Positions 35,401-47,769 of a stretch of DNA of 64,000 nucleotides are shown piece after piece. Numbering within the stretch: position 1 is the stretch's first letter; each line of letters opens with the position of its first letter. The notes under the pieces are model-generated. The model was not told the DNA's origin, did not search any database, and was given only the letters and a program-made list of their open reading frames with translations. Position numbers and translations under genes: made by a program. The stretch comes from Eutreptiella sp. 'Long Island Sound 2002' (lineage: Eukaryota > Protista > Euglenida), in NCBI GenBank assembly GCA_964036045.1, contig OZ038378.1:61752001-61816000 (forward strand), written 5' to 3'.

Positions 35401-38400
35401 AGGTCGTGAGGTGCCCACAAGCTGGAGCAATTGCGACCTTCAAAGTGCGGAGAACAACACAAAAAGAACCTTGAAGATGCCGCAAATCTCACGAACTGTC
35501 ACCCTGAGATTGAAAGGATGGAGCAAAATTGCTTCGCACACACTAGGCAATCCAAAGCACACACATGGGTAGCAGCATAAAGACTCTAACTAGAACCAAC
35601 CAATGAACCAAAAAAAGAGGCGGAAACGCCGGAAAACGTGGATCGCAACCCCCCCCCCCCCCCCGAAGAGGAGAGGAATCAACAATAGCTACAATATTAT
35701 TGTTGTCGTGGGGTAGCTAGACCAAGGGAGCAATCAGAATTGGGTGCACAACCCTGCTACGAGGTGGCCGATTCCAAAGCACAAAAGAATCAACAGTGCC
35801 TGGAGAACTCTAGCCGACTCGTGTCCCTATGGCAAAGAGGACGCAAAAAGGGCTACATGGCCCATTTTTCTCAGGTTCTCCAAGGCAAAGAGGAGTGAGC
35901 AGCTCACGAAGAGGAAAGAAACATGAAAGAAACATACAACACTATAATTGTTGACCATTGAAGACCCCACTGCCACTACAAGTTTGCAAGCCGTTGTTCT
36001 CTATATGTGTTTTGGGTTTCACCGTGGAAGGGGTGAGTAACAAACGTTAGGTTGCACCCACGAAAAGTTGCCTCGTACTTACCACAAGGGAGGTGCACCC
36101 GCCAAATAGTGAAGTAACAAAACTCGAACTGAAGGCCGCAAAAGCAACCACTTAAGAAAAACACCCATTGACTCTTAGGCCACACCCAACAACATTTAAG
36201 GAAGTGAACATGCATCTCATCCCAGGAAAATTAAACCACACACATCAACGGTTAGTAACACCCGCCGAAAATTTGGCCACACCTACGCGGCCGAGCAATG
36301 TCCACCAAAAGTTGTGCCAATCCCGTAAAACATTCAATCACATCCACCAACAGTAGGGCTTCACCAGCAAACACTTGCACATTGAACATGTGGACACCCG
36401 GATAGCCACTACATCAGGTGACCTACATTGGGTTGCCATACATCTTTCAACAAAAAGTAAGCGGCCTATCGAGATTACCTTGTATCCTATATGGCATTGT
36501 TTGTGAGACATCCAAATAGGGTTATCATGGGGGCCCCGAGCAGGCAGCAAGCGTTGGATTGCCGTGTCCCCTATAAGAAGGCCTCTTTAGTGGTCCAACA
36601 AAGAGGCCATGCAAGTTGCAAGCTATTAAGCCACATTTAAGGTAGCGGGTGTTCCACATGCCTCGTGGAGAGGCGCACTGCGGGGTTGAGTATGCGAAAA
36701 TAGGGTTTGTTGTATGGGGGGGGGGGGGGGATCCGGTGGCAGTTTTGCCTGTAAAAAAAAGAGGCATGTGATTCTAGTGAAACACTCCCACTACATGCAG
36801 ACAAAGTTGCCCTCATCCGTTCCCACTACCTAAAGCCTTCACTACATGGTGTGAAAACACCAACCAACAATAACAAACAGCCCTAGACACAAATAAACAC
36901 AAATAAACACAACATTCTCGGTGTATCTATTTTCGATGAAAGAGACACTATGAATTACCGTTAAACCGGTGGCAATACTTATGGGTTGGCTATCAAACAT
37001 GGTATTTTCCAATCCCAAATTGGGGCACAAACATATTCTGTGGATTTAGAAGATACATATCATATTTGACTTGTACATTGAGGCCTTAGCATTTTGAGTA
37101 CATAGAAGTGGGGCAAATTCCGTTGTTGTAGGCGCGGAAAATAAATTTAGCGCCATTGGCACCATGGCCTATCACTATGTTCGGGAGCCTAGCGGGCAGC
37201 AAAAGCTAAGAAAGGCCACATACAATGAAGTACAGGGGTGACGCCTCCTGTATAGGGGGTGGGTAGAGATGTGGGGTGGGGGGGCTCCAAGCCCTTCTTG
37301 GCCTTTTTGACACAATGGCAACATGTAGACCCACAAGAAGAGCCGAAAGTGCTCGAAATTGCGTTTAGGGAGGGAATGTTTCCACCAAACATATATCGTG
37401 CAAAAAGATCTGCACGTTTGTGGCAACCCTTTTGCAGCGGCCCGGAGGATATGATAGGCACACCACCGTGACCAACATCACGCTCATGTGTTGGAGACTA
37501 TTGCACCCCAAAAGCACACTTGTTACGACAATTTGTCCCATGGGCCCTCCTTCATATGAAGCCCTAGTGCCATGCAACTCGGAGCCCTCAAATTGTCACC
37601 ATTTTCCTCACATTGCCCCCCCCTACTCAGCGGGTCCAGTTCACCTTGATTTGTGTGCTCTCTCTTGTAGCAGTCAGCATTATGCGGTCATGCCTTGGTC
37701 AGTTTTGTCCACAACTTCTACCCCATCCGCACCTAGGCCCAATTTAGAACTGCAGCATCCATTGCCTCCTCGGCTGCCATGTCCTCTGATTCGGCCGCCA
37801 TCCCTGCCCCCACCCTCTCATGACTTGGTCCCAAAACTACACCTCAGCCCCCCCGGCACAGCCACTTGCCTTGTTGGCCGTGATGGGAATGTGACAGCAT
37901 CCGGCACTTGCTACCTGTTTTTATGTTTTCATCACGCTTCGAGGCAATGAGTGCAGCAGCGATCCAATATCAATGCTTGAGTGCAAACACCCAACCTATG
38001 CAATCGCCGTTGGATGTTCAAAAGCAGCTAGCATCCCCGGAAAAGCGACATGAAATCAAAAGCTCAGGGATGTGACACTATGCCTGCTGCTCAAAATAAA
38101 TGAAATACCCCTTTCGGCAAGAAAAGGCAGCATGGCAAAGAGATTGCAATGCAAATTGCATTCAAAAGAGCTTCACTCTGTAGGTTTGACATCATCGGGC
38201 AATGCCCAGGAAAGGGGTGTGGCTAGAGGACTCCATCAAACTGCTGGAGCAAGAGGTTTTGCAAACTCAGAAGTTCGCACAGATAGCACGCCCCTCGGGG
38301 ACACCTATGCACTGTGTGCATACTGTGTACATGCTGCGGGGGTGCTGCATGCACATTTGTCGCCATTGTGTACCCACATTGTATGCCCAGGAAAACTATG

Positions 38401-38746
38401 ACCTCCTAAGAGCAAGGGGAAAAAAGCACCAAAACACAGCTCACCATTGTCATCGTCTTTTCCGGAGGCATCCTACTTTGCCACGATAGTTCATCCCCAA
38501 AACAGACTGAGGCTTGAAACAGGGTACCTGAAATTCCGATAGAACAAAATGACACACACCATACACAACACAACAAAACATGAACACAGTGGAAATGGAA
38601 CTGCGGAGAACACACACATCATGTCCCATTGCCATTCCGCTTTTGAATTTGAAACAGGGCACGTCTCAGTGCCATGTTTCACGGCCGGCGGATGGAGAGA
38701 AACCAGTGGCCTCGTTTGCCCCCCTTTCCGTGCACTCAGATGACAC

Positions 38747-39421
38747 CTGAAGGCACAAGGAGAGCCCAGGGCCTACGGTTGCTGCGATGCCCATGAGGTC
38801 TTCCGCATTCACCCCTGCGTGCCTGAGCGCTGCGTCCACCACGTGGTCGATGTTCTCCTGGTGCGCGGCCTGTGCAGCATCAGGCTTCACACCTCCCCAT
38901 TCCCCGTGGATCTCTGCCTGCGACGCCAGGACGTTGCTCAACACCCGTCCGTCCCCCGTCAACACCGCCGCCGCGGTGTCGTCACAGCTTGTCTCGATCC
39001 CAAGCACGCGCCAGTCTGCTGGGATCCCATGCAGCGGCGGCCACGATGCTTGTTCAGCCCCCGTCCTGGGTGGCCCCATGGTCCTGGCAGAGGAGGGCAG
39101 CAGCGGCGGCAGGTCAGGCATGCGGCCGGCCGCGAGCCACACCCGGACCGCTGTAGACCAGCGCTTGCTTGCAGTGGCGCGGAGGCGCGCGCGCCTTCCC
39201 TGCCCGCCGGGCCCAGTGCCCTCAAGCATCACCTCCAGCCGCCCCGGTGTTTCCTCATTGTACAGAGACTTACCAAGACGATTCGGCCATTCAATGAGAC
39301 AAATGCCATCACGGAACGCAGAGTCAAAATCCACCAGCTCCGCCATTTTCCCACGCTGCTTCAGCCGGTACGGGTCCATGTGGTACACCATTGGCTGCGT
39401 CCCGGTGGATGCGCCCTGCGC
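38747..39421 (-). CDS. tsaE-tsaD: Exon encoding the TsaE C-half, linker and TsaD N-terminus of a TsaE-TsaD fusion (t6A37 tRNA modification)
   Basis: YHMDPYRL and CLIEWP (TsaE), then in frame VLGIETSCDDTAAAV, SQAEIHGEWGGVKPDAAQAAH, IAATVGPGLSLCLQ (TsaD/Kae1); CAG acceptor at 39424-39422 and GT at 38746-38745. Confidence 0.93.
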
Positions 39422-39629
39422 CTGAATGAGTGAGTGGAGGAGTGAATGACTGGGCGGGTGAATGAGTAAGAAGTTGGGGGGCCGTGTGCATGAGTGGGTG
39501 TGGTGTATGGTTGGGTTAATGAATAAGCGCGGGTGATGGAAGGGGTGATTTAGGGAGGGTGTATGTGGGTGAGTGAGGCAGTGGATGAGTGAACCCACAC
39601 ACTGGCGACCACCACAAATGCACACGCAC
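39422..39629 (-). other. 208-nt conventional GT-AG intron within the TsaE domain
   Basis: GTGCGT...ATTCAG; removal joins SREE to AQGAS in frame; low-complexity CACTCA-type content. Confidence 0.85.
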
Positions 39630-40412
39630 CTCTTCCCGGCTGTACGTGAGGCAGAGCAGATACGTAGGAGAGGGCACGTGCAGGTGGGGCTGGCCCATAA
39701 ACTCCCTAATGAACCCACGCGCAATGCAGGTCTTGCCCGCCCCAAGGTCCCCCACGAGGGCCACGACGTCGCCGGGCTGTGCCAGGCGTGCCAGCAGCAT
39801 CCCCAACTGCCGCGTCTGGTCACTGCTGCTCAGCCAAACCATGACCTCATCATCGTGCTCACCAGCTGTGATGTACGGCCAACAGTGCTGCGTGTTGTCC
39901 GCGCCTCGTTCCACCGGACCCAGCCCTGGCACCGGATCCTGAAGGCGCTCGGATCCCACGGCGCACATTGCAACCGGAAGCGGCAGCACCCCTGGACACC
40001 CATTTTGCATGAAACACGGGCAATGGCATCGGCCATCAGGCACTTCTGCAAACAAATCCTGCTGCTCCAGTTTGCTTTGCCGCATGGCGCCCCAGATCCG
40101 CCTCCACCATGGTCGCAGCCCCAAAAGCATTGTGAACACGAGGGCGGCAGAGACTACGGCGGACGGCGACGGTGCACTGAAGATGCCGTTGGGGACAGGG
40201 GCCCAGGTTAGGATTAGGTTGGCCTTGGGCCGCACCTGCTCCATGGCGTTGGAGGCATATCGAGCGGACCCATGCGATAGTGCACCCAAAACATGTCTGG
40301 GTTGCAGATTTGGCCTGGGGAGCCGGAGAGGGCGGGGCACCCTGCGGCTGTGCAGTGAAGTCTGGGCCATGTGAGAGGAGGGAGGCCCTGAGAAAGCGGA
40401 CATGTGTGAGAC
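39630..40412 (-). CDS. tsaE: Exon encoding a transit-peptide-like region, hydrophobic stop-transfer helix and TsaE N-half
   Basis: R/S/P-rich, acid-poor segment, then AVVSAALVFTMLLGL-RPWWRR, then PGDVVALVGDLGAGKT (Walker A) and VPSPTYLL; phase-0 donor GAG|GTGCGT at 39630/39629. Acceptor at 40413 or 40388. Confidence 0.9.
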
Positions 40413-40489
40413 CTGAGTTGTATTGCCCTTCCCTTTGGCCCTGTGTTGTAATGCCCACATCATTTGTGAAAGAGAGCACATGTGGACCC

Positions 40490-40710
40490 ACAAGAGGCGT
40501 ACACGACCGTACAGTCAGTGCTAACGGTGCCAAAGCAAGCAGCCGAGGACGCCAAGGAGAACCCAAAAGTGATCAGTCTGGGTGATCGACTGGTTGCAGC
40601 CTATCCCCGACTATTCAGTGGGATCGCCAACAAAGAACCCCTGGATCGAGGGCGGTTTGGTAAGGCCAAGATCAAGCTGAAGCCAAACCCCAAGAGGCAC
40701 CTGCACCTGC
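40490..40710 (+). mobile_element. Short Ty3/gypsy pol fragment (protease-RT spacer) in an intron
   Basis: LVAAYPRLFSGIANKEPLDRGRFGKAKIKLKPNP resembles the L..ypdlF...pp.r...I.L.p motif preceding gypsy RT. Confidence 0.45.
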
Positions 40711-41219
40711 ACCGGGAGGATACAACAATGCGCATGGCTAGTGTGGTGCCCATAAAGAGCTAATCTTTTAAAGCTATGGGACTGGAAGGTTGGTCAGTTG
40801 ATCTTTTGGTTGTTCTTTTGTTTAGCTTCCGATGGTTTTCAGCAAATAAGGTACCACACCCACCAATATGGCCCCACAGTATTTTTTGTTTGTTTTTTGG
40901 TACTAGTGTTGCTGTCTAGGGCATGTTCTGTGAGGGCTAGCATTGGGAGCATTCGGGGTTGAGTGAATGATGAATTACCCAAAAGGGTGCACACCGTGCA
41001 CCTGATTCCCCCAATGCTGATGTGAGAATCCCCCCCCCCGGCTAGGAAACCAATGCATCCCCCAAACCCTCAACACGCAGTGCAAACACAGTGCAGTGCA
41101 AACGCCTTGTGAACAGCCACGTTGGCCTCTTGGGGGTTGCAGGGCTTTTTGGGGACACCATTGGGTGTGGTTTTGGTTCAACACCCTGCACAGTGTATGC
41201 TCACAATACAGATACTCAC

Positions 41220-41273
41220 CCGAGGTCGGAAATCTTGCAAAGTTTCGTAATTGGTGCTCTTGCTGTTGTGCAT
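41220..41273 (-). CDS. Candidate first coding exon of the tsaE-tsaD gene (MHNSKSTNYETLQDFRPR)
   Basis: ATG at 41273 preceded by an AG acceptor ~20 nt upstream; strong phase-0 donor CGG|GTGAGT; phase-compatible with the 40413 acceptor. Confidence 0.35.
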
Positions 41274-44200
41274 GTTGTGCAGGAGAGGGACCTCTGTGTT
41301 TTGGCTCAAACAAGGGAAGGGGCAAGTTGTGGATGGTGCATTTCAATAGCTTGTGTTTCATGTGCCTAGTGAGAAAAATACTCTGCCCCCTTCCCGCAAA
41401 CCATCAGGGTGTTTTGTACTGCACAAAGTAAAACCTAGTGAAAAAAATGGTTTAGGACTTTGGACTCTGTTTACTCAGTTTTACCTTGTTTCTACTAAGT
41501 TTTACCCCCCCTCCGCCCACCGCCCGTTGTAACGAAGGTAGTCAACACTTCGATGGTAGGTTCTGTTCTGACAACGCACAGTAGTTCACAACAGAGCAAG
41601 GGACGAAATCAGAGGTGGCCCACAAGTGGGCGGATTGGCTTTGTGACCCCTGCCCTCTGAGGGGTCCCCAACGCTTCAGAGAGGGGGACAAAATCAGCAG
41701 CGGCCCACACGTGGGCACATTGGCTACATGACCCTTGCTGTCTAGGGCGTTCCAAACGCTACAGAGCGGGGGACAAAATCAGCAGTGGCCCACAAGTGGG
41801 TAGATTGGCAACGTCACCCCTGCCGTCTAGGGGGTCCCCAAGGCTTCAGAGTGGGGGACAAAATATGTAGTGGCCAAGTGGGTCACCCATGCCACCTGGG
41901 AATTCCCAACTGCTTCACAGCGGGGGACAAAATCATCTTTGACCGACAAGTGGGCAGAGGGGTTACATCACCCTTGCGGGTTGGGGGGTTCCCAACGCTT
42001 CAAGGGGGTGACAAAATCAGAAATTGCCTAGAAGTGGACAGGTTGGCTACATCACCCCTACCGTCCAGGGGCGTCCCCAATGCCTCAGAGCCGGGGGCAA
42101 CATGAGCAGCAGCCCTCAAATGGGCAGATTGCCTACATCACCCCGGCCGGCTGGGCGGTCGCCAGAGCTTCGGAGCACGGGACAAAAGTAGCAATGGCCG
42201 ACAAGTGGGCAAATTGCTTATGTCACCCTTGCTGTATGGGGGTCCCCAACGCTCCACAGCGGGGGACAAAATCCAACGTGGCCCACAAGTGGGCGGATTC
42301 GCTACATCACCGCTGCCGTTTGGGGGGTCCCCACCGTTGCACAGCGCGGGGAAAAATCAGCAGTGGCCCAAAAGCGGGCCGATTGGCTACGCCACCCCTG
42401 CCGTTTGAGGGGTCCCCATCGCTTCACAACGGGGGACAAATTAGCAGTGGCTTACAAGTGAAGGGAAAGGTTGCAGCACTCTAGGAGTTCTAGGAGTCTA
42501 GGAGTTCCCCAACGCTTGAGAGCAGGGGACACCGTGAGCGATGGCCCACAAGTGGGCACATTGTCTTCATCATGGCTACCTACGGGGTATTCCCCACCAT
42601 CTCAAAGGGGACAAAATCAGCAGTGGCCGACAAGTAGTGGTCGACACCTGGGTAGATGGGCTGCATCACCCCTGCCGTCTAGGGGGTTCCCGACGCTTCA
42701 AGCGGGGATCAAAATGAGAAGTGGCCCACAAGCGGACGGGTTGGCTACACCACCCCTTCCGTTTGAAGGCGCCCCCAATGCTTAAGAGCGGAGGACGAAA
42801 TCAGCAAAGGCCTAAAAGTGCGCAGATTGGCTACATCACCACTCTTGTGTGGCGGGTCCCCGGCGCTTGAGAGCGGGGGACAAAAATCAGAAGTGGCCCA
42901 TAAGTGGGCGGATTGGCTACATCGGCCTTGCCGCTTGGGAAATCCCAACGCTTCACCACGGGGGCAAAATCAGCAGTGGCCCATTAGTGGCCGGATTGGC
43001 TACATCACCCTTGCCGCATGGGGCTCTCCAAAGCTTTAAAGCGGGGAACAGAATCAGCAATGGCCCACAAGTGGGTATATGAGTTACATCACCCCCGCCG
43101 TCTTGGGGGTTCCCAACGCTTCAGAGCGGGGGACAAAGTCAGCAGTGGCCCACAAGTGGGCAGACGGGCTACATCATCCTTGCCGCATGGGTGGTCCCCA
43201 ACGCTTCAGAGCGGAGGACAAAATCAACAGGGGCCCAGAAGTGGACCAATTGGCCACATCACCCCTGCTGTGTGCTGGGTTCCCAACGCTTAAGCGGGGG
43301 ACAAAATCAACACTGCCCCACAAGTAGGCGGATCTGCTACGTCACCCCGAGTGTTTGCGGTCCCCAACACTTCACAACGGAGGACGAAATCAGCAGTGGC
43401 CCACAAGTGGGCGGATTGCCTACATCACCCCTGCCGTCTTGGGGGTCCCCAACACTACACGGCGGGGGGGACAAAATGAGCAGTGGCCCACAAGTGGGTA
43501 GATTGGCTATGTCACCCGCCCCTTGTTGCACAACCCGCAAATATTTAGACAGCCGGTGTCGGTGACACGGCTTTTTTGAATTGGTTTTGATGCGAACCAA
43601 TCGTCTTGGCTTTGCCATGCTCTTACTGTAAATTCTGGGCTTGTGTGTATACACGGCGACGCGAACCGTAGGCTTTTGATATGTCGTGATATGGTGTTTG
43701 ACACTCTTGCATGGCATGTGTCATGCGTTCATTTGTGATACTCTCCTCCCGCGCGCATTTTGTCTTTTGTGCCAACTTGGCACCCAATCCATATTTCATG
43801 TTTTCGCTAAGTGTTTAGGTTCGGGACACTTGTGCTTCACTTGCATTTGCTGCACAAAATTGCAAGTCCCTTGTAGCGTTGACACAGTACAGTTGGAAAG
43901 TTGATGAATGATTCTGTTTGGACTGTCCTTTACCTTTATTCAATTTAACTTGCTTGGTTGGGCGCTATCTCAAATGACTAGTCTGGGAAGTAGTGCATAA
44001 GAACCATGAGTTGAATCCCAAGTTGTGTGCAAGAAACATGAATTTACCCCCCCCCCCGAATTCAAGACAGGCATCCGGTGGTTTTCTTGAAATCAGGTAT
44101 CACACCCACCAATGTGGTCCTCCGTAACTCAATGTCCAATGTGTCCAATGTATCCATGGTGTCCGTGGCAATCCATACATACAAGGTTAGGTGCCTCAAT

Positions 44201-47088
44201 GCCTTATGGTCATTCATTGGCTTGCTGGGCTCTGGCCTTTTGGGCCGAAGTACCCTAATAAACAGATTCATATATCAAATTCAGTAAAATAAAAACAGAC
44301 TCGTGGTGATGGTGTGTCTATGTGGTACACTGGAGGAATGAGTTGTCGCTCAGGTGTTGCTACCGGCGATCGTGGTGTGCCGACAGGCGTCCCCCTTTCA
44401 GACAAAACTACCACTGATTTAGGCGTCCAGGGCACAAAATCTCAAAAACCAAAACAGGCAAAGCATAATCTTTCCCCTATATAATCACACACCCTAGCCC
44501 ACCTTTATTTGGTGGCATGCTAATGCAGCAATTTTTTGGTTCTAGCTGATGCTCGATTTGGTTCACAGTGTGTTAGATTACTCCACCCACACTAGCCATC
44601 CTTGCCCATGCTCAGTGTCGTTGAAAAATGGGCGGCAGAAGCGTACATTGATGGTAGAATGTGAGAGAATTCGTTCTCAAGGGCTTGCCTTCCCCACCAC
44701 CATTTCCCTTGGGGGGTCCCCGGCTCTTCAAGGCGGGGGACAAGATCAGAAGTGGCCCAAAAGTGGGCGCATTGGCTACATCACGCCTACCGTTGGGGGA
44801 GTCACCCACACTTCACGGCGGGGGACAAAATGAGCATTGGGGCAGAAGTGGGCGCATTGGCTACATCATCCCTGCCGTTGGGGGGTCCGCAATGCTTCAA
44901 AGGAGGGGACAAAATGAGCAGTGGCCCACGAGTGGGCGGCTTGGCTACAACACCCCTACGGTTTTGGGGGTCCCCACCGCTTCCAAGCGGGGAACAAAAT
45001 TAGCCGTGGCCCATAGGTGGGCGGATGGGCTACATCACCCATGCCGTCGGGGTGGCAGCGAACACTTTAGAGCGGGGGGACAAAATCAGCGGTGGCCGAC
45101 ACATGGGCGGCACGGCTACACCACCCTTGTGGTTTGGGTATTCCGCACCGCTTTAGAGTGGGGGGGGGGAATCAGCAGAGGCGAACAAGAAAGCAGATGG
45201 GCTACATCACCCCTACCGTGTAGGGGATTCCCAACGCTTCAAGCAGGGGACAAAATGAGAAGTGGCCCACAAGTCACTGAATTGGTCACATCACCATTGT
45301 TGTCCGAGGGAGTCCCCAATGCTTCAGAGCAGGGGGCACAATGAGCAGTGGCGGACAAGTCTGTAGATTGCCTCTATCACTCTTGCCGTTTCGGGGTTCC
45401 CCAACACTTTACAGAGGGGACAAAATCAGAAGTGGCCCACAATTGGGCGGACGGGCTACATCACCCTTGCCATCTGCGGGGTGCCCAACGGTGCGAGCGG
45501 GGGACAAAATCAGCATTGGCGCACAAGTGGGCAGATTGCTTACGACACCACTGCGGTCTAGGTGGTCCCCAACGGGGGACAAAATCAGCAGTTGCCCACA
45601 AGTGGACACATTGGCTACATGAGTCCTACAATTTTGGGGATGCCCAAAGCTTCACAGTAGGGGACAAGATCAGAAGTGGCCCAAAAGTGGGCGGATTAGT
45701 GACATCACCCCTGCCGTGTGGGGGGTCCCCAACGCTTAGGAGCGGGGGACAAAATCAGCATTTGCCCACAAGTGGGCGGATTGGCGGCATCACCCCTGCC
45801 TTCTAGGGGGCACCCAACGCTTCGAAGCAGGGAAAAAAATCGGGAATGGCCCACAAGTGGGCGTATTGTGGACGACCCCTGTGGCATGGGGGGTCCCCAA
45901 CACTTCACAGCAGGGAAGAAAATCAGGAGGGTCCGAAGAGTGGGTGGATAGGCTACATCACCCCTACCATTTTAGTGGTTCCCAACGCTTCAAAGCGGGG
46001 AACGAAATGAGTAGTGACTCACAAGTGGGAAGACTGGCTACATCACCCCTACCGTCTCAGTGGTCCCCAACAACGCTTCAAAGCAGGGGACAACACGAGC
46101 AACTGCCCACAAGTGGGAAGACAGGCTACGACACCCTTGCCGTCACAGGGGTCCCCGATCCCTCAGAGAGGGGCGTAAAAGCAGCAGTGGCCCATCGGTG
46201 GGCGAATTGGCCACGTCACGCCTGGGGGATCTCCAACGCTTTAGAGGAGGGAACAAAATCTGCCGTGGCCCACAAGTGAAAGCATTGCCTACATCACGCC
46301 TGCCGTGTGGAGAGTTCCCAACACTCAAACTAGGGGAGAAGCTCAACAGTGGCCCACAAGTGGGCGAAATGGCTATGCCACCCCTGCCGTATGGGGGGTC
46401 CCCACCGCTTCACAACGGGGAGACAAACTTAGCAGTGCCTCAAAAGTGGGCGGATTGGCTACATCACCCTTGCCAACTAGGGGGTCCCCAACGTTTCAAG
46501 GCGTGGGACAAAGTGAGCGCCGGCCCACAAGTGGGCCGATTGGCTACATCACCCATGCCGTCGGGGTGGCCCCTGACGCTTTAGAGCGGGGGACAGAATC
46601 GGCAGTTGCCCACAAGTTGGCGGTTTGGCGAAATAACCCCTGCCGTCTGGGGATGTTGCCAATGCTTCACAGCATAGGACACAATTAGCAGTGGCCCGCA
46701 AGTGGGCGGATTGGCTACATCATCCATGCCGTCGGGATGGCCCTTGGCGGCGCTTTAGAGCGGAAGACAAAATCGACAATGGCCCACAAGTTGGCGGTTT
46801 GGCTACACCACCCTTGCCGTCTGGGGATGTCCTTGATGCTTCACAACGAAGGACACAATTAGCACTGGCCCACAAAGGGGTGGATTGGCTACATCACCCT
46901 TGCCGTTTGGGGCTCGCCATTGCTTTAGAGCGGGGGAGAAAATCAGAGGTGGGCCACAAGGGGGCGGAACGGCTATCACCTTTGGCGTACGCGGGGTTCC
47001 AAAGCTTCAGAGCAGGGAGACAAAATCGGATTTGGCCCACAAGTGGGAAGAATGGCGACTTCAGCCCTACCTTGTAGGGGTTCCCCTA

Positions 47089-47769
47089 CAGTCCAAGCAA
47101 AAATTACCAAAGGCAAATACTACCCAAAAAAAAACACCCAAAAAATTGTCATAAAATTAAGGTTGTTTTGGTAATTGTGGCTTCCCCCTGGTCATGTGCC
47201 TTGTAAAGAATTCCAACGACACGGCTATTGCTGACATGTTGGTGTCTCACATGCCTACGCTAAGAAAGCGTAAATATGCTTTATTAGCAGGGGCCATTAA
47301 GGACCTACCAGTGGACTCCATTGTCATGGGATGCCACTGCTTTATTAACAGGGGCCATTAAGGACCTACCAGTGGACTCCATTGTCATGGGATGCCACTG
47401 CGATTCCGCGAGCCCTAGAGGGAGATGTGCCCTCTATCGAGCCCATGTTTGGCGTTCTCAAGAAGCTTCATTGTGAAGAGACACAACACCCTTGTGAGTG
47501 TGGTTTTTGTGACTGCACGAGAGTGTCTCTATCGCTCCAAATATGTGCGTGATGGCTGTTGGTTGGATCACACCACAACCATTTGCCCCGCCATTTAGTA
47601 AAAACCATGTATGGTGCGGCTCACATGGGTTTCCCGTTGCTTTGTGTTGCATTGTTGTAGGGAAGGATGACGTCGCCTTTGCTATGGTAACGAAATATTA
47701 CCAAAAAAAAGTACGAAAAAAATTTCACCTTTTGCTAATTTTGACCTTTGGTGATTTTTGGTTTACGTG
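47089..47769. mobile_element. 681-bp Tc1/mariner-type MITE with TA TSD inserted in a satellite monomer
   Basis: TA|CAGT...CGTG|TA; CAAAAAT(T/C)ACCAAAGG block 9 bp in from both ends; rejoined flanks restore ggggttcccc-ta-cgctccaaagccggggac. Confidence 0.75.
47280..47401. repeat. 61-bp tandem duplication (2 copies, 1 mismatch) inside the MITE
   Basis: tttatta(g/a)caggggccattaaggacctaccagtggactccattgtcatgggatgccactgc occurs twice. Confidence 0.95.

Noticed and set aside
44078-44287. P-loop GTPase-like string GLLGSGLLGRSTLINRF
   Set aside because: It lacks the GK lysine and has no supporting G3/G4 motifs; probably chance.
43518-44684. Single CCCTTG-ended element interrupting the 85-bp satellite
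   Set aside because: Only a 6-7-bp terminal match, no clear TSD, and the interior looks composite.
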